Shown here piece after piece: positions 46,733-59,499 of a stretch of 64,000 bases of DNA (position 1 is its first letter; each line of letters opens with the position of its first letter). The notes under the pieces were generated by a model that saw nothing but the letters and a program-made list of their open reading frames with translations, had not been told where the DNA came from and did not search any database. A program made the translations under genes and the position numbers. This DNA is from Anthoceros angustus (taxonomy: Eukaryota; Plantae; Anthocerotophyta): positions 120,131 through 184,130 of the forward strand of contig MU008223.1 of assembly GCA_010909165.1 (NCBI GenBank), read 5' to 3'.

Positions 46733-49700
46733 TCATCGCTGAGACTGTTCAGGAACCTGGTTGCCAGGTGCAGGAGCAGATGGCCCACCAGATGAACCGT
46801 TATCCAGGGGAGGCCCAATACCCCATTTTCCTTCAGCCTCAAGAGGTTCTAACACTTGAACCACACCATCGCTCAATCCAAGAGCAAACTGACTTGGCTC
46901 CAGAGGATGAGCAGCGATGACGAGGGGATATGCTGGTGCTCTGCAGCAGCACCCTCCACAGTGAGGAACAGAAAACCCAAACAGGCCAGCAGTGCAACAG
47001 TAGGAGTTGCCACTTACCCGCCAACACCAGGAGGCATGTGCACTGAAGGTGCCAGTCTGCACCGAGGCCTCAAGCTGTCAGCATCAAACACTCCAATAGA
47101 GCCATCCATAAAGCCCGCATACACAAGCAAGCTATCACATGAATATGTTGCATTTGTGATGCTTGAGCTCAGAGAATCTCTTGGTGCCCACTGCATCGAC
47201 AAGGAAAATTAAGAAAAAAATGAGATAGAGGTCTCACCCTAAGAAAGTAGCAAAATCGAGCACAAAGTCACATCTTACATATCGCACTCTTTCCAGCTTT
47301 CCTGCATCAAAGATTGCTAGCTGACTTTCATGCACCACAAGGAGACGTATTTGGTCATTGTGAAATTGAACTCTCGTGTCGCCTCCGATTGGAGGAGGGA
47401 CTCTCCCTGTCTGGGTTGGCAAAAATTTTGACTTGCGCTTTTCCCAACCATCTGTTCCCCATACACACAGCTGCCATGCCAACACACAATTAGGGGGAAA
47501 CAAATTAAATAACTCACAATAACCCAAAGTGGCAAGGAAATGACAAAGATCAATTATCTGATGTTCATCAGGATAGAAACAAATGACAATAAAACTTGTC
47601 CTCACCTGGGCATCGGCACCAGAAGAAACAAGTACGTTGAGAGCATTGGAAAATGCAAGTCCAGTGATTCGTTTTTGGTGGCCCTTCAACTTGCTTTTAA
47701 CCTTCAGGAAATAGCTTGTTAGCCTCACAGCAGCTCAAGATCAAGTGGGCAGAAAGCTGGTTAGTCATGAGCATACCTCATCAATACGAACATTGTAGAT
47801 CTGAATTGTTGAATCCTCCATGCCCACTGCGATAATATTGTTGTCTTGTGGGTGGAAAGCAAGAAATGTAGCTGCCGGGGGTGGCGGCATGAAGGTGGTC
47901 ATAACCTGCAAAAGTACACCCAGCGATTAGAGACATATTTACCAGTGTACATCTAGTCAGGAGGCAGGGAGTAGCATTCAATGACCTTGAAAGTCATCAT
48001 ATTGAACAGGGACACTTTTCCTCCCGAAGCAGACATCACATAGGAGTCGTTTTTCGAGAGAGCAATGCAAGGCACCGCTTCCTCCGGATTTGTCTCACTG
48101 ATATCATTAGTCATAAGAATGCCACTATTTGGCTGCCACAGCTGTGGTTGAGAGCTTGCAGTTGCCTGTGCATCAGAGACTCATAGATTACGCTTGATAT
48201 CCACCATATCTACAGCAGCAGATGGAACCGGACAGACAAAATGCAATGCGTTATCCTACCAGTCCTGATGGGTTCCGATCACTACGCTGCCACTTCCAGA
48301 GCTTGTGCACAGCATTAGATGCAAGGGCTAGAAGAGCTACACCAGAGTTTGTGTATATGAGTCTTGACACCTGTTGCAAGTAATGAGATAATTTGCCATA
48401 CACAACCAAAGGTTACTCTCACAGAACTGCATAGAGATCCATACTAATTAGCAATACACAACCAGAGGTTACTCTCACAGCAATGCATAGAGATCCATAC
48501 CTTGCTAGCTGGTAGAGTGTCAGGAAGCTTTGTAGAACGACATTGTACAGGGTCTGTGATCTCAGTAAGCTTCCAGCTTTTGGTCCTATCTGCAGCATCG
48601 TCTGGCCCTCTTACTTTAGTATCAGAAGCTCTAACACTCTCAACACCATTCTGCAACCACATCAAGAGCTATGATTAGTCACATAATGCATAACAAATGA
48701 CCGAGACCTTGCATATAGCAGGCATGTTCTCAAATGATAAGCATTAATACCGGTCCAGCCATAGTAACTGCCGTGGATGCTCTCTCTGGACGTTCCACAC
48801 CCACACCAGGAGGCGCACCAGGTAATCCAACAGCTGTGAGAGGGTTGATCCCAACCCCTGGTGCCTACACCGGTATTTCAGCGAGAATGTACCTTAGAAC
48901 TCATGCTACTGCCTAGAAACACTGCCCTAGCCAGCCAAGATGGAGAATACTTCACAGGGCTCTACTCTGAGTAGCACCAGCAACATGAGTATCTAACTTA
49001 GGTGACTCTCACCTTAGATACCACGGGTTCAGGAGGCCCCCTTTCAAATGCACGACTTTCAAATGCACGAAGAACCCGCAACCCATCCGCATTAGCCAGG
49101 ATTTTTATCCCATTGTCAGCAGCTGTAACAGCCAACAAAGATCCTTCCTTATTGAACCGTAGTCGGGGACTAGACTGCAAAAAGCAGAACAAGAAATCAC
49201 ACAATGTACAGAGACTCCTCTGCTCTCAAGATCATGTAAAACCGTTGCATATCCTGCAGTGACTGCACAAGTTAAAAGCTTCAATCGAAGATAAAAACCA
49301 TCTTACTGGCAGTCCTCCCTCAGCATCAATTGTTGTTAAAATGTTTGTTATGTCCATATCCCAAAACTTGATGGCAAACTCATCTCCAGCAGCAAGGAAA
49401 CGGTTTCTTGTGGTGTCAAACTGCACAACTCCTAATGAGCGTTTCCGGAACCCAGAGTATGTCCGTTTGATTGCTCCTTCACTTTCATTCCACTCAACCA
49501 AATAGGAATCACCTTCCTTACTTGTTCCACAGGAAAAAAGCCTGACAGCAGAATTAGATAAATGACAAGGTTACACTTGGAGGAGCCATGCTGCACGTTC
49601 AACTATAGAAGTGAACTTCAGTCAAAATCGAGCTGAAGCTCCTGGGCAGCAGAAGCTGTCATCAAGCTGCAGTTCTTACCGAGTCCCATCAGCACTGTAA

Positions 49701-52700
49701 GCCATGGTTGTACACCAATGACCTGGGGCATCATAATCAACTCTTGAGCCCAATGAATCATAAAGCCAGGCCTTGATTTTGCCATCAATAGCTGTGGAGA
49801 AGATGAACTGCAGAGACTCAAAAAAAAAAAAAACTCAGTCTTGCAGGCCAAAAGATTTACTGGCACAGATCACAAGCAGGCTCTATAGACTATCAGAGAT
49901 TTCAAACCAGTTCAGAAGTAACCTCACTGGTTGGATGTAATACAGGAGTTCAGAGTGTCCACCTGAATGTTCTCCTTTTGATGAGGACACACAGAATACA
50001 CTGGCGCTTCATGCCCCTCAAAAGTGTACTGCCTGCGTCCATTTGCAGCATCCCAAACCTACAACGCAATTGCGCCAAGACGGACCATCATTAGCATTTA
50101 TCTCTATTGACAGATAATATCAGCCACACCTACTTAACCACAATAGAGGGCAAACCTTGATAGTCTTGTCATCTCCACATGTGATGACACACAGCTGCTT
50201 GTTTGGATGAGAAAATGCAAGGTCATTCACACCACCAACATGTGCATCAATCTGGCCATCACCCACAGCACATGTCAATCATGAATTGGCCGACATATGA
50301 TCCACAATTGTGGCAGGCCGATCTACACGTGGCAGCAAATATATAGATACAGGAAGTAGGGTACCTCCAAATGCTGGCGAACATCACTACCGCCATGGTA
50401 AGAATAAATATGGACTATGTGCTTTGAAAAGGCAACACCTGCACGAAATTTAACGATATTACAAATTTACAATCCCTCGAAAGACTGCCAACAAGTCTAA
50501 ACAGCAGAAATGTCAGCGGCGATACACAAACTGAGTGCATACCCAGTAGTTGCCCATCTGGGCTCCAGACAGTCCTATTCACTGAGACTTGTGGATCCTT
50601 CACTAATGCAGCCTGTTTCAATAAACAGCTTAGAAACTGATAAGCCAAATTCCCTCCAAGTAACCATCCCTGCAAATGAGCGTCAATAGCCCAAAACAAC
50701 GCACCTGCATAGGCATCGTGCAGACAGAGATGTCCCAAACCTTGAAAGTTCTTTGAGCAAGACGTTCTCGAGAGCCCACTTCCCAAATGCCTATGTCTCC
50801 CACATTTGTACCAACTGCCAAAAGCATCCCATGCTTAATTCAAAACTCAAAGCAAAGGATCATGAAGCTTTCAGTGGTTCACATTTGTGAAAGAGCTTCA
50901 CCCAACAATATAGTCTGCTGCAGAGGATGAAAATCCATGCTCATGACACAAGAGCCTTGGTTCAAAGTCCGGGCCACTGTTTTAGGAAGGTCGTCAGGTG
51001 AGTATGAATTTTGAGCATGAGCTGGGCCAGGATAGTTGACCTGTGGACCAAAAACAAAACACTCAAATTGTGACCATGCACAATGCTTGCTCAAGGGTCC
51101 ATGAATCACCACTTATCAACAGAATAGACATAGCTCACCTCATCTCCTCCCTGCTGCCTAGGCCGCTTCATAAGGTGCTCAGAATCAGCGGACTGATAGT
51201 CCACGGTCGGTATATTAGAAGGGGGGGTTCTTGGACGCTTGAGCAAGGCAGCTGCTGAGCATGGCACTTCAGAAGTAAAACGGAAGTCTATGCATTGTGG
51301 CAAAAGTAAATAATGGAGCGACCTACCACTCAAAGACATGGCTCTAGCCCAAGAATTTCAAAAAACCCTAAGTAGCAGATACAAAACTGAGGCCAGGAAG
51401 ACCAAAAAGCAACAAGACCCACCTGGATTGGGCGGAGCTGAGAGAGGGGCTGGACCAGGAGCTACATGAGGAGTTGCAGGATTTGAATTTGGATTTGCCA
51501 TCCAACCAGCCAAGCCACTGACAGATGGAGCTGCAGTCGGCTGGAAAGGCTGTTCAGGGCAGAGAGTGTCAGACTGTCGGATCTATACTGGCTAAAATCC
51601 AAGCCAAGGGAGACCATGCAATAACTCTCCAATACAAAAGGTGGAACATAATGACCACCAGAGTCCAAGGTAGACATACACTATGGGCTCCCAAGGGTGG
51701 AAAGGCTCCCTTGGGTTGAATCCCCACAAGAGGATTGTTGACAGCTGCTGCAGGGCGGGCGCCATTGGGAGGGCCACAAGTATGGTCCACAAACAAAGTC
51801 TTGATATCAGGATTTGGGCGTGGATTCTTGCACAACTGATGCTGCCAATTCAAGCTGACAAAACAACATTAAGAAGTTACTACACCAGTCCAGTTGCGAG
51901 CAGAAGCTGACAAGGAAACATCACCAGATCTGGAGAACGCAGTGAACCACATGACCAAAACAAGTAGATAGCAGCTAGGTCATAAAACCACCAAAAGCTC
52001 AAAGACCCTTGCAGCAGAAGTACTAGTTAGCAAAAGCTACCTTTGGTTAATTAGAGTCCTCAGCCGTGAGGCCTTAAGTGGAGGGAATGTAAGCTTATCC
52101 CGAAACAACGGATTTGCTTCTATTAACTTTTTCAACTCCAGCAGCATTATATTCCTGGCAGATTTTGTGTCCCCGTATTTGGAAAGCTGCTCATTCTCTC
52201 TGTATACAGGCACTGAAGTCAACAAGGACAAGCAACAATCCCACATTCCAGAGCAACAGAAATCCACGTAAATAACACTAGAGACAAACCGGAAGTTCTC
52301 AAGTGTGAGCAGCTGAGTAATCTCCTTGTAAAGCTCTTCATTGAAAGAGGAGAAGACTTTTAAATCTTTCACCAGAATATCAACAGCCTTGGCACGATCT
52401 TGTCTGGATACACACACACACAATGACATCAGAGAGAAGGGTTATTACGGAGAACTGTTAACATGACTGAGCACATTTGAATTTAGTTGCCCAAAACATA
52501 CTTGTCCAACGCTTCCAGATACTTCTGCTTTCTTATCTCAAAAAAGATTTTCATGGAATAGCGATTATCGTCAACTTTCGTGAAGCCTGAAAGATATCGT
52601 TCAACCTCATCCCACTCGCCTGCCTGTACTTGGTCCTCAAAGTACTTCATGTTGAAGAAGAAGCCTGACTCTTGTTCAAGCCTAGGAATACGATAAATAA

Positions 52701-52867
52701 ACACGTAAATGCATGTCAGCGAACACTCTGTACGGACCAGCCCAGCCCGTAATCGAGACACTCTCCAGACATAATGAAATTCATTACTTGTGCACAGTTT
52801 CCTTGAACTTCTCTTCATCCAAGAACTGAAGAATAAGAAAAACGAGCTCCCTGCTCAAAGAAGACAT
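46733..52867 (-). CDS. TPL: TOPLESS/TOPLESS-RELATED transcriptional co-repressor (LisH-CTLH-CRA, two WD40 propellers), 25 coding exons, 1137 aa
   Basis: Starts MSSLSRELVFLILQFLDEEKFKETVHKLEQESGFFFNMKYFEDQV. Exons (all GT-AG): 52867-52788, 52681-52502, 52403-52290, 52199-52041, 51854-51680, 51549-51423, 51254-51139, 51040-50902, 50814-50705, 50612-50543, 50438-50365, 50251-50156, 50058-49963, 49807-49680, 49541-49307, 49174-49013, 48864-48751, 48650-48501, 48370-48260, 48165-47986, 47905-47777, 47701-47606, 47470-47279, 47190-47018, 46940-46733. They sum to 3414 nt, in frame, ending in TGA. Confidence 0.97.
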
Positions 52868-52896
52868 GATAATCGATTCTTCAAACCCCACCTCCC

Positions 52897-53748
52897 CTGG
52901 CAAGATAAAAGACCTCCCTACGCAAACGTCATTGCCGTTTCCCTGGTATGACTAAGCTGCCGACGAGGACACCCTACAATACAACCTGGACGCACCACAA
53001 TCAGAGCTACGCGTCCTTGAACTTTGAATCCTGTACTGTCTCTCAGTTAGAAAGCTACACACAGAACAACGAGCTAGTGTCGAAGAAAAAAAGCCATAGC
53101 TCACCAACCAGCAACCGTTCTTCCTGCTGCATCGTGACGCATGCAAACACATTCAAAGCAAAACTCGCTAAAGAGAGATCCAATACATGGTCGAAAGCAA
53201 CGGAGCGCATCACTACAAGGAACGCCCAAGGCACAAACTCCACGGACACCAGCAGAAGAGCGATGCAGAACCTTGCACCGACTCCCAGGAACCTGAGTTC
53301 AAGGCTTCCTCGCATCGACGTACCAGCATCTCCGCCAAATGAGCCTCCGTCACAACCACCATTCAAATCATGCATTCCGTCACCTCCACGCGCGTTCCTC
53401 CCCCAGCCGCTGTGCCCAAACACATAAGTGACGGGCGATTCTGCAGCCAATCAAATCAAACCACAGAACTGGACACACAAATTCCCTATCCAAATCGAAA
53501 ATTTCGAGACTCTCAGACAGCTAATCCATCCCAACAGTGCCGTGGCAGGACCCAATCCAGCGTGCTGCAAGTCACGAGGGCATGAAGGGATCTCAGGCGG
53601 GCAAGAACAAGTGTTCAACTAAGAAGTGCGGCGCGCGGCAGTACTCTGTTATCGGTCCAGGCTCCGTAAAACTTAGCCCTATAGGGCACTTCATACCTAA
53701 ACGCAGTGCATTTCACTTCTGTGCCCAAGAGAGTACGTAGGGTTTTAC
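52897..53748 (-). other. Probable 5' UTR intron of TPL (acceptor clear, donor tentative)
   Basis: A pyrimidine-rich ...TTTTATCTTGCCAG acceptor lies 29 nt before the ATG. A candidate donor TCG|GTAAAA is at 53748. Confidence 0.4.
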
Positions 53749-54044
53749 CGAACTCTCGGGCACTCGGCCGGCTTCCTTTGGGCTGTGCTTGAAATTGCCG
53801 ATGGGAAAAACTTGACACGGATCACCCCGTCCGAAATGTACACCTTTCCCATAAACGGTTTGCGCTGCTCATGGCAGGATTAGTTTTTAGAGCGGATATT
53901 GCAGGATTAGTGGCCTTAGTATTTCTTATCAAGTCCTTGGTTTATATTCCTCTTCGCATGTCGACATTTACTCCACATCTATATAATTTTTGTGTAGGAA
54001 GAGAATTAAAAATATTAAAATTATATTTTTATTATGAGATCGGT

Positions 54045-54950
54045 AGTAATACCCCCTATCTAGCGAGGTGGGGCAAGCACGCAGTTAGAAGCAACAACAC
54101 CACCAGACACAGCACTAGGCCTCCAAGTAGTCCGCCATCCTTCCACGGGGCGACTCGCAGTCAGCACATCCATTGCTGCTCTATACTTCAGCAAGAGTCA
54201 ACAAGAATACATGAGAGATTAGAGAGAGCTTCCCATCTCCGTGTAAGCTAGGTACATAGCTCTCTTCCCTCGATCTCTTCCTCACAACTCTCCTCGAGAC
54301 ACACTCACACTCTAAGCTCCCACAGCCTCTAAGCACCCAAGTCTTATCCTCAACCAGAGTGTGACACAAGTGCTAGGATATCTCCTCTAGGGCTCACTCA
54401 TCCCTTAAATAGGGAGGCTTACTTCATTCCCTAAGTAACTGCCTAAAGCAGACTACCTTCCTTAAGCCCTAAGCTAAGCCTCACTACCACACACCACATA
54501 TCTTACTAAACTAGATCTAGGGCTGCATGGCTCCTTACTTTCTCCCTCACCAGGAAAAAGGATCACTGCCCTCAGTGATAGTCAATATATCGAGCGATCA
54601 TCCAAGATCCTTTCTGGATATCCTCTAACGTCACCCAAACTGGATATGAGATCCCACGCAATTTTACCATGTGTTGTGGTATGATTCCACAATTTTTAGG
54701 CATGCTATTCTCTGTGAGGAATTCCACAATTTCTGGCAGTCCTTGATTATGTTGCACGAGAATACTGTACTTCTTTTTGTCCATGTCCTCCTTCTACTTG
54801 CCTGGCACAAATGGTTTCAGTAGTGATACATGGAACACATTGTATGCAAAAATCCTTTTAGGCAGCTGTAGCTTGTAAGCCACTTCCCCAATGCGCGTCA
54901 AGATCACAAAAGGACCTCCATATCTCGGCCTGGTGAGCCTAATGTAGATG
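54045..54950 (-). mobile_element. Chromovirus (Ty3/gypsy) 3' end: integrase C-terminus, chromodomain-like segment, PPT and ~495 bp LTR (54045-54538)
   Basis: PRYGGPFVILTRIGEVAYKLQLP...VFHVSLLKP (54940-54800), then HMVKLRG...VWVTLEDIQ (chromodomain-like), a purine tract GGTGAGGGAGAA, and an LTR ending ...GGGGTATTAC. Confidence 0.8.
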
Positions 54951-55049
54951 ATCCCGTAGTGGCTGAGCGTGCTATCGGTCATCTCCCACACTACCCAAAT
55001 CATGATTGGCTTGTAGACGATCCCATGGAGTATGTGATGCCAATGCCCC

Positions 55050-56621
55050 AGCATGACCCTGTTCGACGTTCTACCAGAGTTCGCATGCCCCCCTAATCAG
55101 TGACGAGAACCTCCTTATCAAAGTGTGGATTTCTGAAAGGTTCCTCATCCCCACGGGTCTGAAGCTGATGATGTCTTCATTGATATGGTCAACTTAACCA
55201 TTAACCGTGGATATGAGCCTCAAACATACCATGAAGCTGTTACTGGGTCTGGTGCTGTGCATTGGAAGGCTGCCATTAAGTCTGAATATGATTCCCTCGT
55301 ACAAAACAATATTTGGGAGCTCTACCCTCAGCCTCAAGGGAGGCAGATTGTCACGTCAAAGAGGGTCTTCAGGCTAAAGTATAAGGCGGATGGCAATATT
55401 GCCAGGTACAAAGCTCGTTTGGTAGCTCAAGGGTTTTCCCAAGTCCCCAGCCTGGATTATCATGATACATTCTCACCTGTTGTTAAGTTGAGACTCAGTC
55501 CTTGCGGATGTTGTTCTCCTTGTCCGCCTTTATCTCTCTGTTCATACACCAAATGGATGTTAAGACTACATTCTTATATGACAAACTAGAAGAAGAGATA
55601 TTCATGCAGTAACATGAAGGTCATGAGCTCAAAGAAAAGGAGGATTGGGTCTGCAAGTTGTTAAAAACGATTAACGGCTTAAAGCAAAGTCCACGTGCTT
55701 GGTATGAGTGCATAGATGAATTTCTCCCTGGTCTTGGTTTTCAGAAGAGTACTGCAAATACAAATGTGTACCTCCTGCAAGAGGCAACAGGGTTTGATAT
55801 GCTAGATGTTGGTGAATTGTCTTTTTGCTTGGGGACTCAGCTTCAATGCGACCCTGCAGCAAGGTTTGTCATCTTAGCATTCTATGTAAATGATTGCATA
55901 TTGCTTGGCACAGATCTAGAAGGTATTACCAGGGTGAAGGGTTTTCTCTCTGGCCGGTTTGATATGGTAGATGTGGGTGAATTGTCTTATTGCTTGGGGA
56001 CTCAGCTTCAATGCGACCCTGCAGATGGCACTCTTCTTATTCATCAAGAAAAATATATTTATGATATGTTGTTTAAGTATAAGTTGATGGATGCGGCCAA
56101 AGACTTACCCACTAGAGACAGTCAGTAAGCTTGATACCATCTAAGCATTCTAACATGACAAGAGATGGATTTAGTTCCCTATGCACAGGGTATTGGATCC
56201 CTTATCTTCTGCTCCAATCATGCACTGTGGTGCTCGGCAGTAAGGTAAGTGTCACGCTTTCGAAAGCCCTGGCCGAAACTTCGCTGAAAACAAGATATTA
56301 ATAAGGTATCTTAAGGGAACAAGTTATTCCAAGAGAGCTTATGATGGGGAAGCACTTACGTTGATTGGGTATTGTGATGCTGACTGGGCCTCTGATCCCG
56401 ACACCAGAAAGTCAGTGTTTGCTTATGTATTCTTGCTTGTAGGTGGAGCTATGACTTGGTCATCTAAAACGCAATCCACACTTTGCATGTCATCCACCGG
56501 AGCGGAGTACTCAATCTTGATACAAGCATCCAAAGAAGCAATATGGTTAAGAAGACTCCTTGCTGATATGGGCCAAGAGCAGAAGGATCCAACTGTCATC
56601 TATTGTGACAATCTATTATAA
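55050..56621 (+). pseudogene. Ty1/Copia reverse transcriptase and RNase H remnant, truncated after CDN
   Basis: RRSTRVR, EPQTYHEA, RYKARLVAQGFSQ..LDYHDTFSPV, GLKQSPRAWY, FYVNDCIL, GYCDADWASDPDTRKS, AEY...KEAIWLRRLL, IYCDN. Confidence 0.95.
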
Positions 56622-56855
56622 TAGCCTTTTGGTTTACCCTTGGTTAAGAAAAAGTTATGAAAGGCTATGGTAGTTTTACATTTTCAGTTCCGACGGTTTA
56701 GGAACCGTTCCTTACTTTGTATAAAACACTTTACTTTTCTTTAATCAATGTTGCTACTTTTATGTGCAAGCGCTTGTGTACTTGCTGCCTGCGCTGGGTT
56801 TGATCACCACCTACTCATGTGGATCTAGCTATGGTAAACAGCACAATAGCTTTTA

Positions 56856-58290
56856 TGGTATCAGAGCCACGTTTGGGCGACAGCGTTGGGCGCTTGTGCA
56901 CCTAAGACCCCATGATTTTGCTGTCCTGCAATCAAGATGCCGAGGCGTAGATTCCAACTGTGTCCTCCCAGATCGTCTCGCAAACCTCTGACGCGTCCTT
57001 TCATTTCTTCCTCGGAGCGCCAGTTTGTTTGTTCTGATTGCAGATCTTCAGAGAGGAGAGAGCCTGCATATGTCGTTAGGAGCTGCTTAGTACGCGCCGC
57101 ACACATTGCGCAGGAGCAACTCCACCGACCAGCCCACACCTTGATTCAACCTGCGCCAGAGGTGTCGACTGCAAGGACATGCAACAACTGGGGCCATCCC
57201 CAAGAGGAGAAAAGTAACCCGAGGTACCCGAAGGTAACCCTCGAGGAGGTTATTGGCGCACTTATATCTGAGGAACGTACCAGAAGCTTTCACAAGTCGA
57301 AGGGGTTAACCTCCACCAGCACAAGAGTGCTCTTTACATCAAGAGGAAGAGCAGGGTTTCGTGGCAGAAGCCGAGGTCGAGATGCTTACCAACAACCGCA
57401 GAGGGAAGCCACTGCCAAAAAGACCTTCGTGTGCAACTGGTGCAAGATACCTGGACATTATGAGCGTGACTGCCGCAAGAAGAAGAGTGGAGAGCCCAAG
57501 CGCGACCATCCACCAGAGAGCAATGTCACCATCAGCAAGGCTAAGCAGCCCACTATCCTAGCATTATGCCTGTCATCCACACAAGTACAGTCTGATTCGT
57601 GGTCTCTAGACTCAGGGGCCACGAGTCACATCTGTTTTCACATGAGTGCTTTTTCTGTTTTCACTTCTTCTAGTGATGCTAAATAGTTTGTGCTCCTGGG
57701 TGATGACAGTGGACTCTCCATCAAGGGATCGGGCTCAGTCATCGTCACCTTGCCAGATTCTTCCAGTCTTACACTTACTGATGTCCTTTATGTTCCTTCA
57801 ATGACTAAGAACTTGATGTCTGTCTTGAAGTTGACACAGGAACACAACTGCCGAGTGAGTTTTGATCAACAAGGTTGTCATGTCACAAGTTCCAGGTTAG
57901 ATCATACCTTATTCTCAGGTTCTCCCTATCATGATCTATACCTGCTGAACGTAAGGACAGTACTCATTTCCTCTCAATCTGTCCATGCTACACAAGCAAC
58001 TTCTGCTCAGCTTTGGCCCTGTCGTCTGGGGCATGTCAACTTTCAGCGTTTAGGTTCCTTCGTTCAAGGTGAGAGCTACCGACAACATCTTACTTTCCCT
58101 TTTGATAAGAATGCTTTTTGTGAGGCCTGTCAGCTCAGTAAGACACACTCCCTTCCTTTCAAGGACAAGGCCCTTAGCCGTGCTGATGGATTGCTGCATA
58201 CTGTGCATATTGACATCTGTGGACCCATCTTGACCACCTCCTTTGGCGGGGCTGAATATTTCATCACCTTCTACTCATGGCAGTGGAGGC
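56856..58290 (+). mobile_element. Second Ty1/Copia fragment: tRNA-iMet PBS, partial gag with CCHC, protease, GAG-pre-integrase and start of integrase
   Basis: TGGTATCAGAGC at 56856-56867; CNWCKIPGHYERDC; WSLDSGATSHI; VLYVPSMTKNLMSV; LWPCRLGHVN; CEACQLSK; VHIDICGP. One in-frame stop at 57684-57686. Confidence 0.93.
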
Positions 58291-59499
58291 GGATCTTGTA
58301 ATAGTTTTAACAAGGTCTCTTAAGTAGAGACACACTCCTCTTTTAGAGATGATGTCCATTTGGTCACATTCGACCTACAAATTGGCAACCAATCTCTGGA
58401 TTTGGTGCTTTTCCAAAAACCAAGGGCAAAACCCGCACTATTTCCATTTCCCGTAGTTGTCAAAAGCATCTTTTCTACCTTTTTGATGTCTTTTAACCCT
58501 GTTAAGAAAGGTCCATGGTTGGATCAAGTTGGAAAATACCCCTGTTTTAAGGCTTTTTAAGGGCATTTTCGCAAAAACCGTTTGTCGTTTTGAATCTGGA
58601 CATTTATGACAATTTCAGAACCAATGTGCTAAGTTGAAAACTGCAATGACACCTCAATATGCTAACACGGTTTTTTGTACACATTGGTCCAAGTATGCCC
58701 GACATCCTGCCCTTACCGATCGCAAGGTTGTGGCACCATAAAAAACAAGAAGGATATGTGTCTTCATGTCAACTACCCGATACACAAACATGCATGCACA
58801 CATCTGATTTGGTACTATAGTGGGAGACTAGAGGTATAAGACACCAAGATCCCACATGGGCCATATGCCCAACTATATGTCCGCGTTCCAAACTATACAA
58901 AAATGCTCATATATATTAAAAGAAAAGTGCCATGGCACCATATAACCGACACGGACAACCGGTCACTAATTTAGTCAAGTGACCCATACTCATAAGCGAA
59001 TAGACTAGGGTGTCGGACCTAGGTTGGATCTGCAGCCCAAGCGCCAAGAGCTTTTCTTTTAAGGCCAAAGGCACCGGACATCCGTGACCTTTGCACCACA
59101 TTGTCCGACAAAGCCAACAATTTCGCCCTCTATGATCAAGTTTGAAGTCTACGGCGGTGCTCTAGCACTCCACCCACACCAAAACAAGCTATCCTGGCAG
59201 CTTGTGGCTCCCAAAAAGGAGGGACCTCACCGCTTGCCCTCCATCGCATGAACCTCCCGCCTATATGTTGGCACCTACATACATGAAGAGCAGCGGTCAT
59301 TGGCTCACAAAGAAGACCTTACTACCATGCAGCTGATAAGACCAAGAACATCAACCGATGATGCAAAGCAGGAATATCAAAGACCAAAACCAGCAATCAC
59401 CGCAGAACCCATGATGCATGAATTGAAACACCTTACTACCAAAGCCTTCACTCGGCCCGGAGGCTCCGGCTTCACATTGAACCCTCATACGCCAATGCC

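Noticed and set aside
53055-53450. 131-aa minus-strand ORF upstream of TPL as a uORF or separate gene
   Set aside because: It has no recognisable domain, is low complexity, and probably lies in the 5' UTR intron.
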